This document shows positions 26,085 to 34,085 of a DNA stretch of 64,000 nucleotides, in pieces. The notes beneath the pieces are model-generated. The model saw nothing but the letters and a program-made list of their open reading frames with translations, did not search any database and had not been told where the DNA came from. Each line of letters opens with the position of its first letter. Within the stretch, counting starts at the first letter, position 1. Origin of the DNA: Nitrospirales bacterium. GTDB lineage: Bacteria > Nitrospirota > Nitrospiria > Nitrospirales > UBA8639. The DNA lies in assembly GCA_965204965.1 (NCBI GenBank), contig OZ242026.1:1738458-1802457 (forward strand). Direction: 5' to 3'. Made by a program: the position numbers and the translations under genes.

Positions 26085-27758
26085 ATGCAACGTCACACAA
26101 GTAAGCTGTTCCTTGCCCTAACTCTATTGACGATCATCTGCAGCAGTCCCCTGCCTGTTCTCGCACAATCCCATCCAGGCTTTTTGGTCATTGCGCCGGA
26201 CCGCGGATATCTGGAGAATCAGGAGACCAACGAACTCTTCGAGGAATTTCAGCGTGCTTACCCCGCGTCTCTGGCTTTGGTCGGCGATCAAGATGGATAC
26301 CATGGGCCCGCGTATAATGAATACCTCAAGGAATCTGTCCAGCACTTACAGTCATTGAACGCGACGTCCATCGTTGCCATTCCTTTGTTTCTTTCCGATG
26401 CCGAACCGCAGCTGCAGGCAGTTCGTGACATTTTGCAAAGCCACACCGGCGATATGGCCGTCGAATGGGCTCCGGCAATGGCCGGGAGTCACCTGATCGG
26501 ACAGATCCTGCTCGACCGGGTCGAAGAAATCAGCCAGTCACCTGAAGACGAACGACTCGTTCTGGTCGGAATGGGTGCGCATGACGAAAAGAGTGAACAG
26601 GCTATCAAGGAAAACTTAACAGGACTGCTGAAGTACATCCAGCGATATAAGTCGTTCGAGGATAGCGAAGCAGTGGTCTACTATGCTTGGAATGCGGAAC
26701 AACGCCGTGAGAAGAATAAAGAAGTGGAGGCACACATCACGGAACTGGCTGCAAAGCAAGGCCGTACCTTGATGGTCCCGGCTTTCATCGGTGCCAAGTT
26801 CACTCACATGATGGCCGCAACGAACTGGATGCACCGCAAATTCAAAAAAATGAACGTGGTCTTTCAGCCATCGGAGGTTGTTCCTCATCCCAATCTGCTG
26901 TTGTGGCTCAAGAAAACCGCCAATCAGTACCTCACTGACATCAGTCCAAGCGAAATCGGGGTCGTCCTCATGCCCCATGGTTCATCACAGCCTTACAACG
27001 ACGCCATTGAAAAGCTCGTCAAACCTCTTACAGGCCGCTATCAAATTGAAATGGCTGATGGCATGGGCGATGCGGCCATCATTCAACAGGCCGTATCCCG
27101 TCTTGAACAACGGGGCGTGAAACGCATCGTGTTCGGAAGGATTTTTGGCCTCATCAATACCTTTAAACCCAAAACAGACTATATTCTTGGTCTTTCAGAC
27201 GAGTATCTCAAAGACCTCGACGAGGATCGCACCCCCCCTGCACAAATTCGAAGCGGCGCCATGTTCTCCACTTTCGGCGGATATGAGGAAGATGCCGTCA
27301 CGGCGCAGATACTGCATGAACGGATTATGGAGATCAGTCAAAACCCTTCAGAGGAAACGGTCGTACTCCTGGCGCACGGAACGGGATCCGACGAATCCAA
27401 CGAGCGATGGTTGTCGGCCATCAATGCCAATATCGAAACACTTCGTCAGGATCCGCATTGCGCAAAATTGAAAGCCATCAAGGCCATGACCGTCAGGGAA
27501 GATTGGCCTAAGCTACGGAAAAAAGCGGTTAAGGAAGTACGGGAATTCATTAAGGAAAGCAATAAAACCGGAAAGGTCTTGGTCATCTCCAATCGCCTCT
27601 ACGGCCCGGGACCGTATCCCAAAATGCTGGCCGGCCTTGATTTCGAAATCAACGGAAAAGGTTTTCTCTCTCCGGCCATGGCACACTGGCTTGACCAATC
27701 CATTCAGCAAGTGACTGAAGAGCTCAAAGGACCGGTAAGGCTTGCTGGACAAAGTTAG
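26085..27758 (+). CDS. secreted protein built from repeated CbiX/SirB-like (class II chelatase fold) half-domains
   Basis: Sec signal peptide MQRHTSKLFLALTLLTIICSSPLPVLA. Four CbiX-like segments: IVAIPLFLSDAEPQ, LVLVGMGAHDEKSE, GVVLMPHGSSQPYNDAIEKL and VVLLAHGTGSDESNERW. Confidence 0.55.
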   Translation: MQRHTSKLFLALTLLTIICSSPLPVLAQSHPGFLVIAPDRGYLENQETNELFEEFQRAYPASLALVGDQDGYHGPAYNEYLKESVQHLQSLNATSIVAIPLFLSDAEPQLQAVRDILQSHTGDMAVEWAPAMAGSHLIGQILLDRVEEISQSPEDERLVLVGMGAHDEKSEQAIKENLTGLLKYIQRYKSFEDSEAVVYYAWNAEQRREKNKEVEAHITELAAKQGRTLMVPAFIGAKFTHMMAATNWMHRKFKKMNVVFQPSEVVPHPNLLLWLKKTANQYLTDISPSEIGVVLMPHGSSQPYNDAIEKLVKPLTGRYQIEMADGMGDAAIIQQAVSRLEQRGVKRIVFGRIFGLINTFKPKTDYILGLSDEYLKDLDEDRTPPAQIRSGAMFSTFGGYEEDAVTAQILHERIMEISQNPSEETVVLLAHGTGSDESNERWLSAINANIETLRQDPHCAKLKAIKAMTVREDWPKLRKKAVKEVREFIKESNKTGKVLVISNRLYGPGPYPKMLAGLDFEINGKGFLSPAMAHWLDQSIQQVTEELKGPVRLAGQS

Positions 27759-27804
27759 CGTTTACTCATATTAACCATTTCTTCACTGATAGGGAGGAAG
27801 ATTT

Positions 27805-28053
27805 ATGCAATACATTTACCAACTCACACGGTCATTCCTGATCCTCGGTCTTCTGGCATTCGCACTGGTCGTTGGTTTTTCAGGAATAACCTTGGCCGAC
27901 GAAAAAGCGGCCGAAGGGGAAGCAAAAGCTTCCAGCGAGAAGAAAGCCGACGGTGAGATGAAGGCGGATGGCGATGCCAAAGCCGACGGTGAGAAAAAAT
28001 CGGATGGCGATGCCAAAGCTGAGGGGGAAGAAAAAGCCCCGGCATCCAAATAA
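27805..28053 (+). CDS. small secreted or anchored acidic/lysine repeat protein (KADGE repeats), copy 1
   Basis: GGGAGG SD upstream. MQYIYQLTRSFLILGLLAFALVVGFSGITLA hydrophobic leader, then DEKAAEGEAKASSEKKADGEMKADGDAKADGEKKSDGDAKAEGEEKAPASK. A paralog lies at 34365..34601. Confidence 0.65.
   Translation: MQYIYQLTRSFLILGLLAFALVVGFSGITLADEKAAEGEAKASSEKKADGEMKADGDAKADGEKKSDGDAKAEGEEKAPASK
27965..28019 (+). repeat. 36-bp-period direct repeat inside the KADGE gene
   Basis: CGGATGGCGATGCCAAAGC occurs at 27965-27983 and again at 28001-28019. Confidence 0.8.
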
Positions 28054-28070
28054 GCAGTGCTATGGATCCT

Positions 28071-28100
28071 GCGGAACTGAGGTTCGCGCCTCAGTTCCGC
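28071..28100 (+). other. 12-bp-stem hairpin GCGGAACTGAGG-N6-CCTCAGTTCCGC (no U-tract)
   Basis: Perfect inverted repeat. The same hairpin follows the paralogous small gene at 34635..34665. Confidence 0.7.
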
Positions 28101-28181
28101 CCTTGTCTGACCCCGACGGCAACGGATCATCGTCAAAGCGGGGAATGCAAAGCTTCGGCGCGCCAACCTCCCTTCTCAATC

Positions 28182-28376
28182 ATGAACAAGAAATCCGTCT
28201 CTTCGCGCTCTCTCCATGAAAGGCGCTGCCAGTGCGGGCAGTTGCTTGCGAAGATCGGACCTCAAGGATTAGAACTGAAATGCAATCGTTGCGGACGTCT
28301 TCTCACTCTTTCTCCCCCGTTTTCACATACCAGGATACGCATCTCCCCTAAGGACAAAAAAGTGGGGAACCGATAG
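28182..28376 (+). CDS. small Com-like zinc-ribbon protein, paralog 2 (64 aa)
   Basis: MNKKSVSSRSLHERRCQCGQLLAKIGPQGLELKCNRCGRLLTLS has the same CxC...CxxC layout as 2400..2597. Confidence 0.5.
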   Translation: MNKKSVSSRSLHERRCQCGQLLAKIGPQGLELKCNRCGRLLTLSPPFSHTRIRISPKDKKVGNR

Positions 28377-28535
28377 GAGGCACGGTCCCCGATTGACGCC
28401 GTTCGTTTCCGGCGTCAAACCGTTCCCCCTCACCCAAGCCCTTCCTCGCCTTCAGAAATAGTGTTTCCCTGTACAGACAGAGTTAGTGCCCCCCCGCCAA
28501 CTTCAACTCGCAAGGGTCGCGTGACAACCTGGGGC

Positions 28536-28573
28536 AACCCCTCCCCCCAACCCTCTCACAGGGAGAGGGTTGG
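28536..28573. repeat. REP-like palindrome type I, inverted orientation
   Basis: AACCCCTCCCCCC-CCAACCCTCTC-ACAGG-GAGAGGGTTGG. Confidence 0.7.
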
Positions 28574-28751
28574 AGAGTCTATGGTGCTATGTGCTCCAAA
28601 CTTTTGGCCAGACTGACCGCCAGCGGGCTTTTTCCGCCATGAACGTCTGATAGAGGAATCCCATGACGACGCAGACCACAAGTGCAGCACGAGATGCCAT
28701 GACGGGGACGGAGACTGATCGGAAGCCTGCACCTTCTCCAACACCTGTCCC

Positions 28752-29483
28752 TCAACGGTCGTTGTTTGCTGCGCAACCGTCGGCGACAGTTGATGACCGT
28801 GAAAAGAGCGCGACATCCGTACCGGAGAGGTTCTTGCCGTAGAGATCGATGTCCGGCAGCTTTTTCTCCCAGGTTCTTTCGTCAGGGCCGTAGATATGAC
28901 CCATGCGATCCAGATAGAGGTTCGCCAATTTTTCGTCCGTTTCCCACGTATCCGAGGCCAGGCTGGCGGTTTCCAATCCCGAGCCGTATTCTCCTCGTTC
29001 GTTGGAGAAAAAACGTATGGTGGACAACGTTTCGGCTTCCTCTGGTTCAATGCCCGACGCCAGCAGGTCCTGCTCGATGCGGGCGGAGTGCTGCGCAACG
29101 AAGTTGTCTTCTTCCTGTAATCGTGCGACCTGTTCGATGGCTTTCGAAATGAGCGTCATCACGTTCGGGAAGGCGTCACGATACAGACCCGTGGGCAATG
29201 ACTCCGGATTGTTGATCGGTCCCCTACCCGTAGACGTTGGAATATATTTTCCCTCCAAGGCCATAGTCAGCGATTTGAGTTCCTGCCGGCCCAGCAGGTC
29301 GGCATAATATTCCCTCGCCTTCTCCAGAAACCCGCGCAGTTCCGAAGACATGGTCTCCGCCGGGTCGACACCTTCCACCACGTGTGTTTTGACGAGCCGG
29401 TATTCAGGCGTGTGTTCCAATTCGTCGTATCGCATGGGTGTGTTCCCACCAAAAATAAGCGCATCGCCGTTCTCCGATGGCAA
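28752..29483 (-). pseudogene. internal fragment of a CobN/BchH/HmuS-type large chelatase subunit
   Basis: ALEGKYIPTSTGRGPINNPESLPTGLY and RFFSNERGEYGSGLETASLASDTWETDEKLANLYLDRMGHIYG match conserved CobN-family blocks. Only 243 aa are present, whereas the family is over 1000 aa. The reading frame is continuous upstream into the truncated TBDR in a shifted frame. Confidence 0.6.
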
Positions 29484-29485
29484 GT

Positions 29486-30619
29486 TTAGCGTACCCGCGA
29501 CCGCAAGCTTGTTGGCCAGGGTGACGTAGGAATCCCCCAGCGGACGCGGGCATCATCGATCCGCGCTTGGAACCCGACCGTCGCCATAACTTCGAGATCC
29601 GCCAATCGCAGCAGGTGTTGATAGCCAACGTCGCTGCCATAGACCCAGCGTCGATCTTTCTGTTCGATCCCGTCGCCGTTGACCGGATCATTCAGCAAAA
29701 AAGTGAAATTGGTGAACAACGAGAGTTGATAGTGCTGGGTCCAGACTTTGGCGAACACCTTCTTTAGCGGAGACAAGTCATAATAGTAGTCGAGACGGGC
29801 CGTGGTGCGAGCCGTTTCTCCCCCTTCGGATAGGTCTATGGCTCCGAAGCGATCGAGACGGCGCGTGCTGACTTCCCTCAACGGAATCTGGCCCGATCCG
29901 TTCCAACGCCCGTAATGCTGCGTCAGAGTGAAACGCAACCGGGATTCGGGTGTGGGATCAAAAGAGATCTTGGCCAAGCCGTTGTAGCGTATATTGCGAT
30001 TCACGAAGAGGAACGGACCGTCGGTGTAGTAAAACTCCCCGGCAAAAAGGGTACGAACGTCGTCCTGCACGGGCGACGTCATGAACAGGTGTCGCTGCGT
30101 GTTGAACTGGCCACCACTCGTCTGCACCACGGTCTCGGGGACGACCTCACGTGTCACGTAATTCACGGCCCCCGCTGTCGCAAAATCGCCATATTCAACG
30201 TAATAGGGACCCTTTTTCACAACGATTTCCCGAATGGGTTCCGGAATGATAAAGTTCAGGTCAGCGTAACCCTGTCCATGCGCATGGCTGCGAAGATTGA
30301 CCGGCATGTTGTCCACGTGGAAGGCAAGGTCCATCCCATGATCGCCGTCGAACCCGCGAAGCAAAAATTGGTCGGCCTTGCCCGCGCCCCCTGAATGTTC
30401 GAGGATGATGAGCCCAGGCGCCAAGCGGAGAAGATCTGCCGGGCGGCCTTGAGGTTGGAGCACGATGTCCTCATCCGGAATAATCCGGTTGGACGATGCC
30501 GCGGTGGGACGTTTCCCATTGACGACCATCACCGGAAGAGTCTGAACGGTCTCCGGGGTATGCGCTTCACCGTGCATAGGGAGGAACACGCACAAGACCA
30601 CCAACAGATATTTCTTCAT
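29486..30619 (-). pseudogene. truncated TonB-dependent receptor (signal peptide, plug and first barrel strands only)
   Basis: MKKYLLVVLCVFLPMHGEAH signal peptide and a plug (ADLLRLAPGLIILEHSGGAGKADQFLLRGFDGDHG). It is 377 aa versus 698-778 aa for the intact receptors here. Its C-terminal 18 aa look out of frame. Confidence 0.6.
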
Positions 30620-30683
30620 GGATCCTCCTGAACATCAGCTATTCAGTCTTACAGCACCACATCTCGCTGATCAGACGAATGGA

Positions 30684-30917
30684 CTACGATCTCTCGTCAT
30701 TCTCCGGCACATAGATTAAGGATCCATCCTCCAATCGATAGGCAATCCCCGCGCGCACGCCGTCGCCTCCTCCGATTTGTCCGGTCGATTTGTGGCGTTC
30801 GATTTTCTTCCCATTCTTGACGATGATTTCCATGTCATCTTTCTCGGAATTTTTGATGATCGTGAGATCTTCACTGAAAAAAGGGTTCAATGGCGATCCG
30901 TGTAAATGTGGACCCAT
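30684..30917 (-). CDS. small hypothetical protein (77 aa)
   Basis: An ORF heading the minus-strand TBDR-remnant unit. No recognisable family and a weak SD. Confidence 0.3.
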   Translation of the reverse strand: MGPHLHGSPLNPFFSEDLTIIKNSEKDDMEIIVKNGKKIERHKSTGQIGGGDGVRAGIAYRLEDGSLIYVPENDERS

Positions 30918-30927
30918 ACGTTTTCAC

Positions 30928-31040
30928 CCGAACCGGCGGATCAACATGTTTTCCCGGAAAATGAACATGGCCAAGACATAACCTCCATGATAGACTTATG
31001 ATGATATTGAGTTCTATTACTATAATCACTATTAATTGAC
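30928..31040 (+). promoter_or_regulatory. composite regulatory module E
   Basis: CCCGAACCGGCGGATCAACATG | TTTTCCCGGAAAATGAACATG at 30928-30969. TGAACA, an 18-nt spacer, then CATGAT. AT block ...TGATGATATTGAGTTCTATTACTATAATCACTATTAATTGAC. Confidence 0.5.
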
Positions 31041-31248
31041 ATTTGATCTTTTTTCATGACCGAGCATTTTGGGTTGCCTTAAATCGGAAAGATCTTGGAC
31101 GGAGATTAAGTTTTCACACCGGCCATAATGATCATACTTATTATTCTGCTTGTCAGATCTAGACTCACCTGATCAACAGACGGTGCCCCATCGGAGCATC
31201 GCCGCAACCGATCGCGGTCTATTTCGAACAGGGACACGAGGTGCAACA

Positions 31249-31971
31249 ATGGCCAACACGCGCGATACAAAAAATGCTTATCCTGCCGTCCCCGAAATGC
31301 TGTCCTGTCGGGAACCCATAGATTCTCTCGTTGGAGCTCTCCGACGTCACGATCCCGCGTTGCTCGAACACGGGATGCGAACGGCTTCCTATTCTCGGGT
31401 GCTCGGCCGACTCGTGAATCTTACACACAACGACCTGGAAGACCTTTACCATGCGGCACTCCTTCATGACATCGGAAAGATGTCTTTGCCGAATGAAGTG
31501 ATCCGGCAGAACGGCATCTCCATCATCGGCGATTACCTCATGACGGAATGCACCCCGCAAGCCAGCGCCGACATGCTTCGACCCTGGCCGGCCCTAGGGA
31601 ACGTTGCGACCCTGATTGCACTCCATCACGAACGATGGGACGGAATGGGTCTCCCCTTCGGGTTGCGCGGGCGACAGATCCCCATGGGCGCAAGGATTCT
31701 GTCACTGGCCGATACGGTCGACCAATTGCTTACACAGAAATCCGACTCATTTTCTGCTCAGGCCACGGCTCTGGTCCGAATTCTTAGCACTCTGTCCAGG
31801 TCCAGATTCGATCCCAAATTGGTCAATCTCTTTATCGAGTGGTTCCAAGACGTCTTCTTGGAAACGTTGGTCAATTACCCATGGGGGGAAGATTCTCTCG
31901 TGTGGAAATCAGATTCAACCTCTACAGCCGACATTCTCGAATCCGCAAAACTCATCCACGGCATCATGTGA
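31249..31971 (+). CDS. HD-GYP-like domain protein (degenerate GYP: HHERWDGMGLP)
   Basis: LLHDIGKMSLP (HD) and IALHHERWDGMGLPFGLRGRQIPMGARILSLADTVD. GAGGTG SD upstream of ATG at 31249. Confidence 0.7.
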   Translation: MANTRDTKNAYPAVPEMLSCREPIDSLVGALRRHDPALLEHGMRTASYSRVLGRLVNLTHNDLEDLYHAALLHDIGKMSLPNEVIRQNGISIIGDYLMTECTPQASADMLRPWPALGNVATLIALHHERWDGMGLPFGLRGRQIPMGARILSLADTVDQLLTQKSDSFSAQATALVRILSTLSRSRFDPKLVNLFIEWFQDVFLETLVNYPWGEDSLVWKSDSTSTADILESAKLIHGIM

Positions 31972-32043
31972 AACAAGGACGGCTTGGCCCGGACGGGATG
32001 TGTTCACATTCCGTATACGAACTGATAAGAAAGGACAGGTCTT

Positions 32044-33063
32044 ATGGTTATACGAACCCTCTTCATCATCGGAAGTATTCTGTTAGGATTTGCCCTAGGT
32101 TCAAGCTACGGACCGGAAACGGTCACCTACGGCCTCTTGGGCGGCTTTTTGCTCGGATTGCTAGGCATCGGCGTACTCAAATTGGAACGCATGATATTTC
32201 CCCTGCAATTCCATGAGGCGTTGTGTGGTTTTGCCGGTTTTTCGATTGGAATTTGCTTAAGTGGGATAACCAGCTTTCTCAGCCAACAGATTTTTCTCCA
32301 ACGTCCTGAAATTGTTCCCTTCGTCACCGCTTCCACTATGGTCGGTTTCTGCTACCTCGGCCTCATGCTGGGCATCCGACTGGGAAGGAAAATTTCTTTT
32401 GATCCTGTCTCGTACGGCACTGACTCCTCATCACAAACGCAGCAACCGAAGATCCTTGATACCAGCGCCATTATCGATGGACGCATTGCAGATTTATCCC
32501 GGACGGGATTTCTGGAGGGACCGCTCCTCGTCCCGCAATTCGTCCTCCACGAACTTCAGCGCATTTCGGATTCCTCTGACGGCCATAGACGCATTCGTGG
32601 AAAGCGTGGTCTCGACATTCTCCAGGAACTCACAAACATGGAAACCAGCAACGTCCAGATCGTTGATGTCGATTTTCCTCAGTTTTCCGATGTCGACAAC
32701 AAATTGGTGGCGATGGCGAAACTCCACAACGCGAAAATCGTGACCACCGACATGAACCTTAATAAGGTGGCTTCCGTCCAGGGAATATCGATTTTAAATA
32801 CTCATGAATTATCGAACGCAATGCGACCGGTCGTCTTGCCCGGCGAGGCATTAAAGGTCTTCTTCCTACGGGAAGGGAAAGAGGCGGGACAGGGCGTGGC
32901 GCACCTGGATGATGGAACCATGGTTGTCGTCGATCATGCCAGACGATGGATCGGGAAACACGTCGAGGTGATCGTCACCAGCGTCATTCAAACCAACGCG
33001 GGGCGTATGATTTTCTCCAGTCTTCGTGAAGGAACGCCTCGGTTGCAGGCCAGTTACGGCTGA
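32044..33063 (+). CDS. membrane-anchored PIN/TRAM domain protein (YacL-like)
   Basis: N-terminal TM segments, a PIN domain (ILDTSAIIDGRIADL...NKLVAMAKLHNAKIVTTDMNLNKVA), and a TRAM-like C-terminus (GKHVEVIVTSVIQTNAGRMIF). Confidence 0.8.
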   Translation: MVIRTLFIIGSILLGFALGSSYGPETVTYGLLGGFLLGLLGIGVLKLERMIFPLQFHEALCGFAGFSIGICLSGITSFLSQQIFLQRPEIVPFVTASTMVGFCYLGLMLGIRLGRKISFDPVSYGTDSSSQTQQPKILDTSAIIDGRIADLSRTGFLEGPLLVPQFVLHELQRISDSSDGHRRIRGKRGLDILQELTNMETSNVQIVDVDFPQFSDVDNKLVAMAKLHNAKIVTTDMNLNKVASVQGISILNTHELSNAMRPVVLPGEALKVFFLREGKEAGQGVAHLDDGTMVVVDHARRWIGKHVEVIVTSVIQTNAGRMIFSSLREGTPRLQASYG

Positions 33064-33129
33064 GATCGGCTGTTCCTTTCTTTTCGTCGCAAAACGCTCC
33101 TCGCTGTAACATGCTTTACCGTGGATCGT

Positions 33130-33420
33130 CGGATTGCAGAAATCGATCAATCTGATCTTGCAGTCTCGTTTGAATGGATTCGCACGTCGCGGCGTCTTCG
33201 ACTTTGTCGCCGTTGCGTGAAACACGTCCACGACTTGGTCGAGACGCGTGCCGATCTTGGCCGGGTTGACTGCATGCCCGAGAGCAGCGTTTTCGCGATT
33301 CTCTGAAGCAAGCCCTGCTTGTCATCGGCAAAGACGTTGATCGCGGCAAAGTGGTCCGACGTATCACTGTCGATTTTGTCCCCAGTGCGATTGCGGTGAA
33401 TCGGCATGCGGTCTACTTCA
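33130..33420 (-). pseudogene. decayed duplicate of the 3' end (last ACT domain) of glnD
   Basis: The DNA aligns by eye with 34870-35170, for example GTTTGAATGGATTC(G/A)CACGTCGC and GTGGTCCGACGTATCA. It has an approximately 10-nt deletion that breaks the frame. The peptide pieces DSDTSDHFAAINVFADDKQGLLQRIAKTL compare with DNDTSDHFTVIDVFADDKQGLLHEIAKTL. Confidence 0.75.
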
Positions 33421-33613
33421 GACATCGTTCTCGACCACCGACCCCGTTTCTCCGTCCAAGCCAGCCATGAGAATGCCTCGCTCCGTGAATCGTAGGAGCA
33501 TACGGTCTATTGAGCCAATTGCTTCTTGGCGAGGTTGACTTAACCGGGAAAAGCAAAAAGTCTTACCATGTATGTCGCGGGTCCTTATCCGTGACCCCTG
33601 CCTTCCCTCGCCG

Positions 33614-33725
33614 TCAACTCTCACCCTACCTGACCAAATCCATGAATTCATGGTCTCCCGCATTCATGGAGGATTGACGCCAAGGAGTTTCCAGAAAGTT
33701 TTGGCTATTCAAATAAGTATTGATA
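33614..33725 (+). pseudogene. fragment copied from the AraC-type regulator gene
   Basis: STLTLPDQIHEFMVSRIHGGLT compares with STFSLPDQIHEFMVTHLHQGLT (6767-6830). The DNA similarity continues with an indel. There is no HTH-encoding remainder. Confidence 0.7.
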
Positions 33726-34085
33726 AGAGAGCAGAATCGGTTTATATTCCGCTCATTCCCGTTGATTTTCTATTTGAATTGACGCAAGGTCCCGCCCTGC
33801 CGGCGCAAACTCGGAGCGCCGCAGTTTCTTCGCTTGCCGAGGATGCAAGGAAGGTGTCGGGATTCGTCGGTGTTGCATGAAGAGATTCTGGAGCATCGAC
33901 GAGGCCCTTCGAAGAAATTCGATATCATTCTTGATCATAGGACACAGTCGTACGAGAACGCCCAGCTACGGTTTTTGTTATCAACGCCAACATCCAAACA
34001 ATCGGAAAGGAGACACATTGCCCAAGACTGCACGACAGCCAGACCCTGGCCGTCAGAAAAGAGTGATCTGATTTGTTAAGAAAAG

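Noticed and set aside
27950-28025. Short tandem DNA repeats that might be mistaken for a CRISPR-like or VNTR array
   Set aside because: There are only two 19-nt repeat copies with a 36-bp period, in frame inside a coding repeat (KADGE protein). There are no spacers and no cas genes.
28556-29098. 180-aa - strand ORF overlapping the CobN-like fragment in another frame
   Set aside because: Its composition is Arg/Trp/Ser-rich and motif-free. The overlapping frame carries the recognisable CobN blocks.
14970-30969. Interpreting the GAACAT-containing repeats as FecI-type ECF sigma promoters
   Set aside because: No ECF sigma or anti-sigma genes are in the window. The receptors go from signal peptide straight into the plug, with no N-terminal signalling extension. 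The motif is a phased direct repeat, not a -35/-10 pair.
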